Shown: positions 9,869-20,206, numbered from the stretch's first letter. The stretch: 64,000 nucleotides of DNA from an uncultured bacterium (GCA_963695095.1 CAVOFT010000001.1:1718902-1782901); one strand, 5' to 3'. The notes: generated by a model from the letters alone, not told the origin. Program-made: numbers and translations.

Positions 9869-10696
9869 ATGAACCTGCGCAACCTGTTGCCCTCCGCTGT
9901 CGGCGTGCTGGCGCTGGCCGTCTTCGCGCTGGCCGGCTGTCAGAGCGAGCTGGCTCAGTCGGATCTCGACGCCTTCGAGGCGCTGCCGCGCGCCGAGCGG
10001 GTGCTGCGCCTGGAGCAAGAGCTGGCCAAGCACCCCGCCGATCCGCGCCTGCCGGGACTGCTGGCGAAGGCCCGCTACGAGGACTATGCCGAGCTGCCGC
10101 CTCTGGAGCGCATCGAGGCGATCAAGGCGGCGCTGCGCGCCGACCCCGAGAGCGCCATCATCTCCAAGATGCTGGGGGATGCCTACTACGACCACGCCGG
10201 CGGCGAGGGGGGCGCCAGCTACACGGATAGCGCGCTCTTTGCCTACGAGAACGCCGCGCTGAAGCAGCCCAGCTTCCTGGCCGCGGTGGGCAGCGTCGGC
10301 GCTCTCTACGACGAGAAGGAAGATTTCGAGCAGGCGATCGCCTGGTACGAGAAGGCGCTCGCCCTCTCGCCCGAGCACGTGCCGACCCTCTGCAACCTCG
10401 GCGCCGGCCACTACAACCGGGGCGAGTACGCCGTTGCCGTCGACTTCTACCGGCGGGCCCTCGCCCTCGATCCGCAGAGCCAGGATGCGCACTACAATCT
10501 CGGCGTCGCCTTCGCCGAGGCCACCATCTACCGGGAGGCGATCGTCGAGTGGCGGACGGTGGTGGCCATCGACAGCACGACCGCCGTGGCCAAGCAGGCG
10601 GCCAAGAACGCCACGCTGCTGCAAGAGGTCCTCGACGAAACCGTCTACAAGGGCGGCAGGAAGAGCCGCCGCATCAATCTCGGCGGCGACGAGTAG
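9869..10696 (+). CDS. TPR-repeat lipoprotein
   Basis: RBS AAGGAG; lipobox LAG-C; TPRs (AIAWYEKALALSP, YRRALALDP, AHYNLGVAF). Confidence 0.85.
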   Translation: MNLRNLLPSAVGVLALAVFALAGCQSELAQSDLDAFEALPRAERVLRLEQELAKHPADPRLPGLLAKARYEDYAELPPLERIEAIKAALRADPESAIISKMLGDAYYDHAGGEGGASYTDSALFAYENAALKQPSFLAAVGSVGALYDEKEDFEQAIAWYEKALALSPEHVPTLCNLGAGHYNRGEYAVAVDFYRRALALDPQSQDAHYNLGVAFAEATIYREAIVEWRTVVAIDSTTAVAKQAAKNATLLQEVLDETVYKGGRKSRRINLGGDE

Positions 10697-10750
10697 GCCG
10701 GGTGGACCCGCTGTCCGCCGCGGCTCGGCAACTGTCCTTCAGGAGGAACC

Positions 10751-11815
10751 ATGAAGCGAATCGTTCATGTGCTGGGCACGGGCACCATCGGGGAGCCTCT
10801 GATCGGCCTGCTGGTGGAACACAAGCGCGAGCTGGGCTTCGACGATGTGACCTTCCACAAGCGCACGCCGACGGCCCTGGATCAGCCGAAGATCAAGGAC
10901 CTCATTCGCCGCGGCGCCGCGCTCTGCGCCGATGACGACGCGCGCGCCGGATTCGCGGCCATGGACCTGGAAGTCAGCCACAGCGCCGAATCGGCGATCG
11001 AGCGCGCCCAGGTGATCATCGACTGCACTCCCTCCGGCAACGCGATGAAGGAGAGCGTCTACAATCGCTTCGACGACGGCCGGCGGCTCTTCATCGCCCA
11101 GGGCAGCGAGTTCGGCTTCGGCAAGCCCTACGCCCGCGGCATCAACGACGACACGCTCGTGCACGGCCAGGATCACTTCATCCAGGTCGTGAGCTGCAAC
11201 ACGCACAACATCTCGGCGATCATCCAGAACGTGGCCCTGGAGCCGCACGGCGAGGACAATCTCGTGCGCGGCCGCTTCCTCTGCCTGCGCCGGGCGAACG
11301 ACATCAGCCAGGCCGGCAGCTTCATTCCCGCGCCCGAGGTGGGCAAGCACGGCGACCCGCGCTTCGGCACCCATCACGCCCGCGACGCCTACCACCTCTA
11401 CAAGACCAAGGGCCTGGAGCTGGACCTGTTCTCCAGCGCGATGAAGCTGAACACGCAGTACATGCACATCATCCACTTCGCCCTCAATCTGCGCCGGCCC
11501 ACCGACAAGGAGACCGTGCTCGAGCAGATCCGCGGCAACGACCGCCTCTCGCGCACGAATCAGGCCAGCGCCGGCGTGGTCTTCTCCTTCGGCCGCGACC
11601 ACGGCCACTACGGGCGCATCCTCAACCAGACGGTCTTCGCCATGCAGAGCCTGCACGTGAGCGAGGACGGCAAGGAAGTGTCCGGCTACTGCTTCACGCC
11701 CCAGGACGGCAACAGCCTGCTCAGCAGCGCGGCGGCCGCCGTCTGGCACTTCTATCCGGAGGAGACGGCGCCCCGGCTGGAGTGCCTCAAGCGCTTCTTC
11801 TTCAGCGAGGTCTGA
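10751..11815 (+). CDS. Archaeal-type (class II) glyceraldehyde-3-phosphate dehydrogenase-like protein
   Basis: RBS AGGAGG; GTGTIG Rossmann motif; IIDCTP; QGSE; catalytic VVSCNT; RRAND; HHARD; YMH, all in the class II GAPDH motif order. Confidence 0.75.
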   Translation: MKRIVHVLGTGTIGEPLIGLLVEHKRELGFDDVTFHKRTPTALDQPKIKDLIRRGAALCADDDARAGFAAMDLEVSHSAESAIERAQVIIDCTPSGNAMKESVYNRFDDGRRLFIAQGSEFGFGKPYARGINDDTLVHGQDHFIQVVSCNTHNISAIIQNVALEPHGEDNLVRGRFLCLRRANDISQAGSFIPAPEVGKHGDPRFGTHHARDAYHLYKTKGLELDLFSSAMKLNTQYMHIIHFALNLRRPTDKETVLEQIRGNDRLSRTNQASAGVVFSFGRDHGHYGRILNQTVFAMQSLHVSEDGKEVSGYCFTPQDGNSLLSSAAAAVWHFYPEETAPRLECLKRFFFSEV

Positions 11816-11820
11816 GTCGC

Positions 11821-12693
11821 TCAGCGCTCATCGGCGACCAGGCTGTCCAGGGGCAGCGGCGTGAAGAGGGCCCGCTCCCCGCGGGGGCCCTCCGTCCAGT
11901 CCAGGCGACCGCTGGGCTTCTCCCGCTCATGCTCGAAGTAGACGAACCAGTCCTCCTCGCGCTGGCGGGCGAGGAGGCGCTCCTTCGTGTCGAGGGTCAT
12001 GAGCGGGAAGAGATCGTAGCTCATGATCCAGGCCGGCGGCAGGTGGCTGCTGGTGGGGATGAGGTCGCCGGCGTAGAAGAGCCGCCGGCCGCCGGGCAGA
12101 TCGATGAGCAGGGACTGGTGATGGGCGGTGTGGCCCGGCGTCGGCAGCAGGGTCACGCCGGGCAGGATCTCCACTTCGCCCTCGATGAGCTCGAGCTGGC
12201 CGGCCTCGGCCACGGGCAGGAAGTTGCGCGCCAGGTAGCTCGCGCGGCTGAGCGCGTGGGGCTGGATCGCGTCCTCCCACTCGCCGCGCTGCACGAAATA
12301 GCGCGCCCGGGGGAAGCTCGGCCGGGCGCGCCCCGCCGCGTCCAGGCGCGTGTTGCCGCCGCAGTGGTCGAAGTGCAGATGCGTGTTGACGACGTGCGTG
12401 ACCTGCTCCGGGGCGACGCCGCAGGCGGCCAGGGCGCCGAAGAGGTCCGTCTCGCGCTCGATGGGGAACTGGGCCAGGAAGCGGGCGTCCTCCTTGTCGC
12501 CGAGACCGCTGTCGATGAGCAGCGTGAAGTCCGCGCCGCGCACCAGGAGGCAGTTGAGCCCGAGCAGGATGCGGTTCTCGCCGTCGGCGGGCTCGCGCTG
12601 CTCCCAGAGCACGCGGGGGACGACGCCGAACATGGCCCCGCCGTCCAGGCGGAAGCGGCCGTCGCTGACGGTATCGAGGCGAAGCGCGTGCAT
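11821..12693 (-). CDS. MBL-fold metallo-hydrolase (YtnP-like)
   Basis: FRLDGGAMFGVVP; THLHFDHCGG; PGHTAHHQ; AGDLIP. Confidence 0.9.
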   Translation of the reverse strand: MHALRLDTVSDGRFRLDGGAMFGVVPRVLWEQREPADGENRILLGLNCLLVRGADFTLLIDSGLGDKEDARFLAQFPIERETDLFGALAACGVAPEQVTHVVNTHLHFDHCGGNTRLDAAGRARPSFPRARYFVQRGEWEDAIQPHALSRASYLARNFLPVAEAGQLELIEGEVEILPGVTLLPTPGHTAHHQSLLIDLPGGRRLFYAGDLIPTSSHLPPAWIMSYDLFPLMTLDTKERLLARQREEDWFVYFEHEREKPSGRLDWTEGPRGERALFTPLPLDSLVADER

Positions 12694-12800
12694 CGGGCTC
12701 CTTGCGCGGTGGGGGCTTGCGCATAGCTTACGCAGGCGGCCGGCGGACGCAAGCTCCCAGCCCGCTGGGCGCGGGACCCGGCGTCCCGAAAGGAGCGGCC

Positions 12801-13634
12801 ATGGCGAGCGAACCCTGGACGGCGAGCCTGCACGAGCGCCTGCTGGCCGGCCTGGCCCGCGTGGGCGACTACCAGCTGGCGCAGCTGGGCAACCTCGCGC
12901 CCGCCGGCCTGCGCGAGAAGAGCGGTGCCGGCGATCTCGTCACCGCCGTCGACATCGAGAGCGAGGCGCGCCTGGCCGAACTGCTCTCGTCGCTGCTGCC
13001 GGCGGCCGGTCTGCTCGGGGAGGAGGGCCTGCGCCAGGCGGCGGCGGGCGAGCTGGTCTGGCTCGTCGATCCCCTGGACGGCACCACCAATTTCGCGCAC
13101 GAGCATCCCTTCTTCTGCATCAGCGTGGCCCTCGTGGCCGGGCGCCGGCCGCTCCTGGGGGCCGTTCATGCGCCGCGCCTGGGCGAGACCTTTCACGGCT
13201 GGGGCGGGCGCGCCTGGCTGGGCGAACGGCTGCTGGCCGCGAGCGCGCGCCGGCTGCCGCGGGAAGCCCTGTTCGCCACCGGCTTCGCCGACCGCCGCCA
13301 CGCTGCGGGCGGTGAGAACCTGGGCAACCTGGAGCGCGTGCTCTGCGCAAGTCGGGGTTTGCGCCGGGCGGGCAGCGCCGCCCTCGACCTGGCCTACACG
13401 GCGGCCGGCCGGCTCGACGGCTTCTGGGAGATGGGCCTCAATCCCTGGGATGTCGGCGCCGGCATCTACCTCGTCCGCGCCGCAGGGGGCCGCATCAGCG
13501 ATTTTCACGGCGGCGACGATGCCCTGGCCGGCGATCACATCGTGGCCAGCAACGGCCATCTCCACGAGTGGCTGCTCGCTCAGCTCGCGCTGGCGCCCGT
13601 CTTCGACCGCGCGCCGGCGCCGCTGCTCGACTAG
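12801..13634 (+). CDS. suhB: Inositol monophosphatase family protein
   Basis: DLVTAVD; WLVDPLDGTTNFAH; RRAGSAALDL; WDVGAG; RBS AAGGAG. Confidence 0.9.
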   Translation: MASEPWTASLHERLLAGLARVGDYQLAQLGNLAPAGLREKSGAGDLVTAVDIESEARLAELLSSLLPAAGLLGEEGLRQAAAGELVWLVDPLDGTTNFAHEHPFFCISVALVAGRRPLLGAVHAPRLGETFHGWGGRAWLGERLLAASARRLPREALFATGFADRRHAAGGENLGNLERVLCASRGLRRAGSAALDLAYTAAGRLDGFWEMGLNPWDVGAGIYLVRAAGGRISDFHGGDDALAGDHIVASNGHLHEWLLAQLALAPVFDRAPAPLLD

Positions 13635-14332
13635 GGTCCGGGGGCCGCGGGGCAAGGGTCTGTCCCGGCCCCGCGCGCCCGCGGCCGGAGGGCGACCAGG
13701 CGCAGGGCCTGACGGCGAGCGCCGGCGGGGGCCCGCAGCGGCAGTTCCCGCAGCTCGAAGTCGACGGCGAGGCGCTCCAGGCAGGGCGCGGCGACGGCGC
13801 GACCCGGCTCGGCGATGAAGGCCTGGCCATCGGCGGCCAGCGCGGCGGCAAGGAAGCGCGCCAGGGGCTCGGCGAAGGTGCGTTCGTAGAGGATGTCGGC
13901 GGCGAGCAAGGTGGCGTAGCGGACGGGCGGCGCTTCGTTCCAGTCGAGCTGGCGCACGCGCCGCGGGTCGAGTCCATTCCGGGCCAGGTTCACTCGCGCC
14001 AGGGCGCAGGCGTCGGGGTCGCGATCGGCGAGCTCGAGGTCCCAGCCCAGGCGCAGGGCGACCAGGCCGACCAGCCCGAGGCCGCAGCCCAGCTCGAGGC
14101 TGGGCCCCGGCCGGCGGGGGCCCCGCCCGGCAAGGAGCCAGGCGGCCAGGGCCAGGCTGCTCGGCCACAGCTCGGCCCAGTAGGGGATGCGCGCTTCGGC
14201 GTCCGAAGCGGTCGGGTCCTGTCGCTCGAGCAGGGCATCCACCGAGGGCGGTCTGAGGAGGGTCATGGTGCCCGGCAATCCCGGCAGTCGCAGGCGCTCT
14301 TCATGGAGGGGCAAGTCGGAAATCGGCGGCAT
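13631..14332 (-). CDS. Class I SAM-dependent methyltransferase (METTL21/lysine methyltransferase-like)
   Basis: IPYWAELWPSS; LELGCGLGL motif I; LDW; LAADILYE. Confidence 0.85.
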   Translation of the reverse strand: MPPISDLPLHEERLRLPGLPGTMTLLRPPSVDALLERQDPTASDAEARIPYWAELWPSSLALAAWLLAGRGPRRPGPSLELGCGLGLVGLVALRLGWDLELADRDPDACALARVNLARNGLDPRRVRQLDWNEAPPVRYATLLAADILYERTFAEPLARFLAAALAADGQAFIAEPGRAVAAPCLERLAVDFELRELPLRAPAGARRQALRLVALRPRARGAGTDPCPAAPGP

Positions 14333-14349
14333 CGGCGGAGCCGGCCTTT

Positions 14350-14410
14350 CATGGTAAGTGCTTTAGACACCTATCGTTTGCTATAACCCGAGGGCTGTGC
14401 TTAATTATGC
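14350..14410. promoter_or_regulatory. AT-rich divergent promoter region upstream of the ccs genes
   Basis: Local AT-rich island with an extended -10-like TGcTATAAC and a TTAATT element. Confidence 0.35.
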
Positions 14411-14480
14411 GCGTCCCTGGCAGCCGGGGTCCCTGCGGGTGGCTCGGTGCCGACCCGCGATCCCCAACGAGGATGGCTCC

Positions 14481-16190
14481 ATGAACGAACGCCTGCGCCG
14501 CCTGCCCCTCATCAGAGCGCTCGGCTCCCTGCAGTTGATGATCGCCCTCACCCTGATCTTCGCGCTCGCCAGCGGTGTGGCCACCTTCATCGAGTCGGCC
14601 TCCGGGACGCCTGCGGCGCGGGGGCTGGTCTACGATGCGCTCTGGTTCGAGCTGACGATCGCGCTGCTGATCGTCAACCTGACCATCCTGCTCTTCACGC
14701 ACGCGCCCTACCGGCCCAGCCAGTACGGGTTCTTCCTGGTCCACCTGTCCGTGATCGTCATCCTCATCAGCGCCGGCGTCACGCGCTACTTCGGCTACGA
14801 AGGCATGATGCACATCCGCGAGGGCCAGTCCAGCAGCAGCATCCAGTCCACGCGCGAGTACATCCAGGCGAGCCTGGGCGAGGAGACGGACGGCTTCCCG
14901 GTCCAGCTCTGGCGGGCCGGGCCGAGCCGCGCGGGCGGCAAGCTCCAGCTCGGCGATCAGAACTACCGCGTGCGCGTCGTGGAGTACTGGCCGCGCTTCG
15001 CCGAAGAACTGCAGCCCGCCGAAACGGGCGCGGCGGCCCTCGGCTTCGCCGTCGCCGGCGAGCAGGGCATGCAGCGCCAGCAGCTGCGCGCGGGCGAGAG
15101 CCTGCGCGCCGGCCAGGTGCAGCTGCACTTCCTGCCCGGGGATTTCCCCCCCGCGGGCGCCGCCTCTCCGCTGGGCAGTATCCGCGCGACGCTGAGCGGT
15201 CAGAGCGTCTCCCTGCCCGTCAGCCGCGATCCCGTCCAGAGCGCCGTGATCGCCGGCTTCACCCTGAGCATCAGCGAGTTCCACCCCGACTACGCGCGCC
15301 GCAGCGAGCGGCCCGAGCCGGAGAGCCTGAGCAACCCGATGGTGCGCGTGGCCATCGTGGGGCCGGACGGTAGCCGCGGGGAGCGGGTGCTCTTCGCCTT
15401 CTTCCCCGACTTCGGCATGGACCACGCCGGCACGGCGGCCTTCAGCGAACTGGGTCTGGTCTACGAGTACGGCCAGACGCTGGAGCTCTCGGCGGCCGGC
15501 GACGTCCTGCGCGCGCGGGCGAGCTTCCCGCTCGAGGTCGTGAACATGGCGAGCGGCGCCACGGATCTCGTGCGGCCTGCGGCCGAGATCTTCTCGCCCA
15601 CGCTGATGACCCTGCATCGCGCCGGCGGCTTCTCCTTCGTGCCCACCCTGTTCATGCCGCATGCGAGCTGGCAGCCCACGCTGAGCGCGGACGAGCACGC
15701 GCCGGCCGCCGTCCGCCTGCGCGTGGCAGCTGCCGGTGGCGCGGAGGCGGAGACGATCGTCCGCGAAGGCGAGCCCGCGGCGCTCGAGCTGAGCGGGCGC
15801 GAGCTCAGCTTCAGCTACGGGCCCAAGCGCATCGAGGTGCCCTACCGCCTCCAGCTCGACGACTTCCTGCTGATCACCTATCCGGGCAGCAGCAACCCCG
15901 CCAGCTACGAGAGCCACGTGCAGCTCTTCGACGAGGCGGCCGGCATCGCCGGCCGGCCCGTGCGCATCTACATGAACCATCCGCTCACCTACCGCGGCTA
16001 CAAGCACTTCCAGTCCTCCTACGACCAGGACCACCGCGGCACCGTGCTCTCCGTCAACCATGATCCGGGCAAGTGGCCCACCTACATCGGCTACATGATG
16101 ATCGGCCTGGGCTTCCTGTTGATCCTGTTCAAGGGACTGCTGGGCCGCTTCGAGTCGCCCCGCCCCACAGCCATGAAGGAGATCCGATGA
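14481..16190 (+). CDS. resB: Cytochrome c biogenesis protein ResB/CcsB (system II)
   Basis: ATFIES...VYDALWFE; HLSVIVILISAGVTRYFGYEG; YPGSSNPASYES; IYMNHPL; FQSSYD; NHDPG. Confidence 0.85.
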   Translation: MNERLRRLPLIRALGSLQLMIALTLIFALASGVATFIESASGTPAARGLVYDALWFELTIALLIVNLTILLFTHAPYRPSQYGFFLVHLSVIVILISAGVTRYFGYEGMMHIREGQSSSSIQSTREYIQASLGEETDGFPVQLWRAGPSRAGGKLQLGDQNYRVRVVEYWPRFAEELQPAETGAAALGFAVAGEQGMQRQQLRAGESLRAGQVQLHFLPGDFPPAGAASPLGSIRATLSGQSVSLPVSRDPVQSAVIAGFTLSISEFHPDYARRSERPEPESLSNPMVRVAIVGPDGSRGERVLFAFFPDFGMDHAGTAAFSELGLVYEYGQTLELSAAGDVLRARASFPLEVVNMASGATDLVRPAAEIFSPTLMTLHRAGGFSFVPTLFMPHASWQPTLSADEHAPAAVRLRVAAAGGAEAETIVREGEPAALELSGRELSFSYGPKRIEVPYRLQLDDFLLITYPGSSNPASYESHVQLFDEAAGIAGRPVRIYMNHPLTYRGYKHFQSSYDQDHRGTVLSVNHDPGKWPTYIGYMMIGLGFLLILFKGLLGRFESPRPTAMKEIR

Positions 16191-18046
16191 TCGCCCGCCG
16201 CCCCGCGCGCCTCGCGCTCGCCGCGGTCCTGGCGCTGCTGCTCGGCCAGCTCGCCGGGCCCGGCCGCCTGGCCGCCCAGTATGGTGGGGAGGAGGAGGGG
16301 AGCGCGACCGCGCCCGCCCAGGCCGAAAGCATGGGCGGTGCCGAGGCCGCCGACCCGCATGCTGGCCACGTGCACACGCCCGCGCCGCCGGCCGCGCCGA
16401 CGAAGAACTTCCTCTCGCCGGAGAGCCGCGCGGCCCTGCGCCGGCTCAGCGTCCAGGATTTCCAGGGGCGCATGAAGCCGCTGGACACGCTGAGCCGCGA
16501 GATGGTGATGAAGATCACCAAGCGCTCGCACTTCGACGGCTGGGAGCCCGTGGACCTCTACCTGAGCTGGATGCTCTCGCCGCGTTACTGGTTCGACAAG
16601 CCGGTGGTCGCTGTCCGCTTCCCGGGCCTGAAGGACCGCCTCGGCGTCGATGCCGCGACGCGGGCCGTCAGCGCGGCCAGCCTGCTGGACGCCTCGGGCC
16701 AGTATCTGCTCAGCGAGGATGTCGAAAGCGCCCTGCGCACCGCCGATCGCGAGCGCAGCAAGCTGCAGCGGCAGCTGCTCACCTTCGACGAGCGCGTCAA
16801 CCTGCTCTTCATGAACTTCCAGCGCAGCACCTTGCGCATCTATCCGGTTCCGGAAGACGCGAACCACACCTGGCTGGCCATGGACCGCCTCAGCCAGCAG
16901 CTGCGCGGAGATGCGCGCTTCGAGGAGTTCCGCCGGGCCGACCAGGCGCTGTTCTCGGCGCTCGCCGCCGGCGACGACGGCGAGATCCGGGCAGCGGCGG
17001 CCATCGTCCGCGCCCTGCAGGACAAGTACGGCGCCGCCGTCGAGGTGAAGGACCAGGCGCTGGCCGCCGAGCTCTTCCTCAATGACCGGCAGCCCTTCGT
17101 GCGGGTGATTCCCGTCTACTTCCTGGCCTGGGCCCTGCTGCTCGCGGCCTACATCCTCAGCCTGGCGCGCCGCCGCGGCGAGGGCTTTCGCCTGCGCCAC
17201 CCCCTCTACCTGATCGGGTCCCTCGCCTACTGGCTCGCCCTGCTCGCCCACGTGACTGCCTTCGTGTTGCGCTGGATCGCCTCGGGGCGGGCGCCCCTGT
17301 CCAACGGTTACGAGTCGCTGATCTGGATCAGCCTGATGGTGGGTATCGCCGGCTTCCTCTTCGAGCTCAAGGACCGCCACGCCCTGATCGCCAGCCTGGG
17401 CGCCCTGCTCACCGCGGTGGTGCTCTCGGTCTCGCTGCTGTCCACCTTCGACCCGGCAATCGGGCCGCTGGTGCCGGTGCTCGCAAGCTACTGGCTGAAC
17501 ATCCACGTCACCATCATCACGAGCAGCTACGGCTTCCTCGGGCTTTCCGCCCTGGTCGCCATGAGCATCCTCGTGCTCTATCTCTTCAAGGCGCCCGGCC
17601 GCACGACCGTGCAGGGCGCCATCCAGCGGCTGCATACGATGCACTGGTACGTGATGGTGAGCGGCCTGGGCCTGCTCAGCGTGGGCACCTTGCTGGGCGG
17701 CGTCTGGGCCAACGAATCCTGGGGCCGCTACTGGGGCTGGGACGCCAAGGAGACCTGGAGCCTGGTCACGATCCTCGTCTACGCGGCGGTCACGCACATG
17801 CGCTTCATCCGCAGCGTGAGCGGGCCCTGGCCTGTGGCGACAGCGAGCTTCCTGTCCATCGCCTCGGTGATCATGACCTACTTCGGCGTGAACTACTTCC
17901 TGACCGGCCTGCACTCCTACGCTGCGGGGGCTCCGGTCCAGCTACCCAGCTGGGTTTACGTCGCCGTCGCCCTCGCCTTGCTGCTCATCCTCGCCTCCTG
18001 GGCCGTGGATCGCCGCCGCGATTGGGGGCAGGGGAAGCCCGCGTGA
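16187..18046 (+). CDS. ccsA: Cytochrome c biogenesis protein CcsA (WWD domain)
   Basis: GRMKPLDT; RWIASGRAPLSNGYES; SYWLNIHV; GGVWANESWGRYWGWDAKETW; GLHSY; ATGA overlap with resB. Confidence 0.92.
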   Translation: MIARRPARLALAAVLALLLGQLAGPGRLAAQYGGEEEGSATAPAQAESMGGAEAADPHAGHVHTPAPPAAPTKNFLSPESRAALRRLSVQDFQGRMKPLDTLSREMVMKITKRSHFDGWEPVDLYLSWMLSPRYWFDKPVVAVRFPGLKDRLGVDAATRAVSAASLLDASGQYLLSEDVESALRTADRERSKLQRQLLTFDERVNLLFMNFQRSTLRIYPVPEDANHTWLAMDRLSQQLRGDARFEEFRRADQALFSALAAGDDGEIRAAAAIVRALQDKYGAAVEVKDQALAAELFLNDRQPFVRVIPVYFLAWALLLAAYILSLARRRGEGFRLRHPLYLIGSLAYWLALLAHVTAFVLRWIASGRAPLSNGYESLIWISLMVGIAGFLFELKDRHALIASLGALLTAVVLSVSLLSTFDPAIGPLVPVLASYWLNIHVTIITSSYGFLGLSALVAMSILVLYLFKAPGRTTVQGAIQRLHTMHWYVMVSGLGLLSVGTLLGGVWANESWGRYWGWDAKETWSLVTILVYAAVTHMRFIRSVSGPWPVATASFLSIASVIMTYFGVNYFLTGLHSYAAGAPVQLPSWVYVAVALALLLILASWAVDRRRDWGQGKPA

Positions 18047-18300
18047 GCGAGCGGCTGCGCATCACCGTCAAGCTCTTCGGTGCCTACCGCGACGCGGTGG
18101 GCGCCGAGTGCCTTGCGCGGGAAGTGAGCGCCGGCAGCACGCTGGAGGACGCCTGGCAGGCGCTCTGCGCTGACTGGCCCGATCTGGCGCCCCTGGCCGG
18201 CGCCCGCCTGGCCGCGATCAATCTCGACTACGCAGAGGGGAAGGCGCGGCTCGCCGATGGCGACGAGCTGGCCTTCTTCCCGCCGGTCTCGGGAGGCTGA
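18043..18300 (+). CDS. moaD: MoaD/ThiS-family sulfur carrier
   Basis: VKLFG N-terminus; C-terminal LAFFPPVSGG; adjacent to moaE. Confidence 0.9.
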   Translation: MSERLRITVKLFGAYRDAVGAECLAREVSAGSTLEDAWQALCADWPDLAPLAGARLAAINLDYAEGKARLADGDELAFFPPVSGG

Positions 18301-18301
18301 G

Positions 18302-18715
18302 GTGACGGAGGCCCCGCACTTTCTGATCACCAGCGAGCCCCTCGCGCTCGAACCGTTGCTGGCCGCCGTGGCCGCCCCTGAGCACGGCGCCGTCGTCGGC
18401 TTCCTCGGCGTCGTGCGCGCCGAGTCGGGGCTCGGCGCCCTCGACTACGAAGCCTATCCGGAGATGGCCGAGCGCAGCATGGCCGCGATCGCCGCCGAAC
18501 TGGCCGAGCGCCACGGGCCGCTGGCCCTGGCTGCTCATCACCGCGTCGGCCGCCTGGGCGTAGGGGAGATCTCCTTCGCCCTGGCCGTCGGCGCCGCCCA
18601 CCGGCGCGAGGCCTTCCTCGCCGCCGCCGCCTTCGTGGACCGACTCAAGGAGATCGTCCCCGTCTGGAAGACGGATCTCCCCGAGATCGCCGTGGACGAG
18701 GAGGAGCGAAGATGA
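18302..18715 (+). CDS. moaE: Molybdopterin synthase catalytic subunit
   Basis: GAVVGFLGVVR; LDYEAYPEMA; HRVG; AHRREAF; LKEIVPVWK. Confidence 0.9.
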   Translation: MTEAPHFLITSEPLALEPLLAAVAAPEHGAVVGFLGVVRAESGLGALDYEAYPEMAERSMAAIAAELAERHGPLALAAHHRVGRLGVGEISFALAVGAAHRREAFLAAAAFVDRLKEIVPVWKTDLPEIAVDEEERR

Positions 18716-20206
18716 TGCGCATCAGCGTCGATGCGGCGGCTGCGGTCGCCGAACACGCCACGATCGTGGTTTTCGCAAAGGAGGGAGGCGGCATCGAGGC
18801 GGCCGGCCGCAGCCTGCCGGTGGCGGCGCGCGCTGCCGAGCTCCAGGCGCTCGGCGACTTCCGCGCCAAGCGCGGGGCGACCTGCCTGCATCTACGACGA
18901 CGCGCCGAGCGGCGGCCCGCGCCGCTGGCTGCTCGCGGGTCTGGGCACGGAGGCCCAGCAGGGCCCGCGCAGCTGGCGCACGGCCGCGGCCGCGGCGCAG
19001 ACGGCCCTCGCCGAGCTGGGCGCCACCGAGGCCCTGCTCCTGCTCCCCGCGGGCGCGGACGCCGGCGAAGTGGCCACGGGCCTGCTGCTCTCCGGCTACA
19101 AGTACGACCGCTACTTCAAGAACGGCGACGCCAAGGCAAAGCACCTGGAGTCCGCCCTGCTGCTGCCGGCGCCGGGCGCCGACGCGGCCGCGATCACGGC
19201 AGCCGTGGCGCGGGCGACCCGTCACGCCGCAGGAGTGGCCCTGGCCCGCGAACTGCTGAACGGCCCGGGCAACAGCGTCACGCCGGAAGCGCTCGCCGAG
19301 GCTGGGCGCGCGATCGCGGCCTTGCCCGGTGGCCGCGTGCGCTGCCAGGTGCTCGGTGAGGCCGAGCTGGCAGCCGAGAACTGCCGAGCCATCCTGGCCG
19401 TCGGCGCGGGTAGCGCCGAGGCGAGCCGCCTGATCGTCCTCGACTACAAGCCCGCCGGTCCGTCGCCGGCCAAGACCCTCGTCCTCGTCGGCAAGGGCGT
19501 CACCTTCGACAGTGGCGGCATCAGCATCAAGCCCTCCGCCGACATGCACGAGATGAAGTGGGACATGGGCGGCGCCGCCGCCGTGCTGGGTGTTTTCCGG
19601 ACCCTCGCGGATACGCAGCTGCCCCTGCGCGTGATCGGCCTCGTGCCCGCCGTCGAGAACATGCCGGGCAGCCGCGCCTATCGGCCCGGGGACATCATCG
19701 TCGCCCGCAGCGGCCTGTCCATCGAGGTCAAGAACACGGACGCCGAGGGGCGCCTGATCCTGGCCGACGCCCTCGACTACGCGAAGCAGTACGACCCGGA
19801 CCTGCTCATCGACCTGGCCACGCTGACCGGCGCCTGCGTCGTCGCCCTCGCCCACGAGGCGGCCGGCCTGATGGCCAACGCCCGCGGCGAAGCCTATGCG
19901 GAAGCGCTGCGCGCGAGCGGCGAGCGCGTGGGCGAGCGGCTCTGGCCCCTGCCGCTCTGGGAAGACTACGACGAGCTGATCAAGAGCGAGGTGGCCGACA
20001 TCTGCAACACGGGCGGCCGCCACGGCGGCGCGATCACCGCGGGCAAGTTCCTGCAGCGCTTCGCCGATCACGCGCCCTGGATCCACCTGGACATCGCCGG
20101 CACGGCCTGGACGGGAAAAGATCGGGACATCACGCCCAAGGGGGGCAACGGCTTCGGCGTAAGGCTCCTGCTCGATTTCTTGGAAAGCGGCGGCCTGGGC
20201 GGCTAG
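18712..20206 (+). CDS. pepA: Leucyl aminopeptidase (M17), with one apparent frameshift near 18885
   Basis: VGKGVTFDSGG; MKWDMGGAA; NTDAEGRL; DLATLTGA; WIHLDIAG; the N-terminus is in the frame of ORF 18712. Confidence 0.88.
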
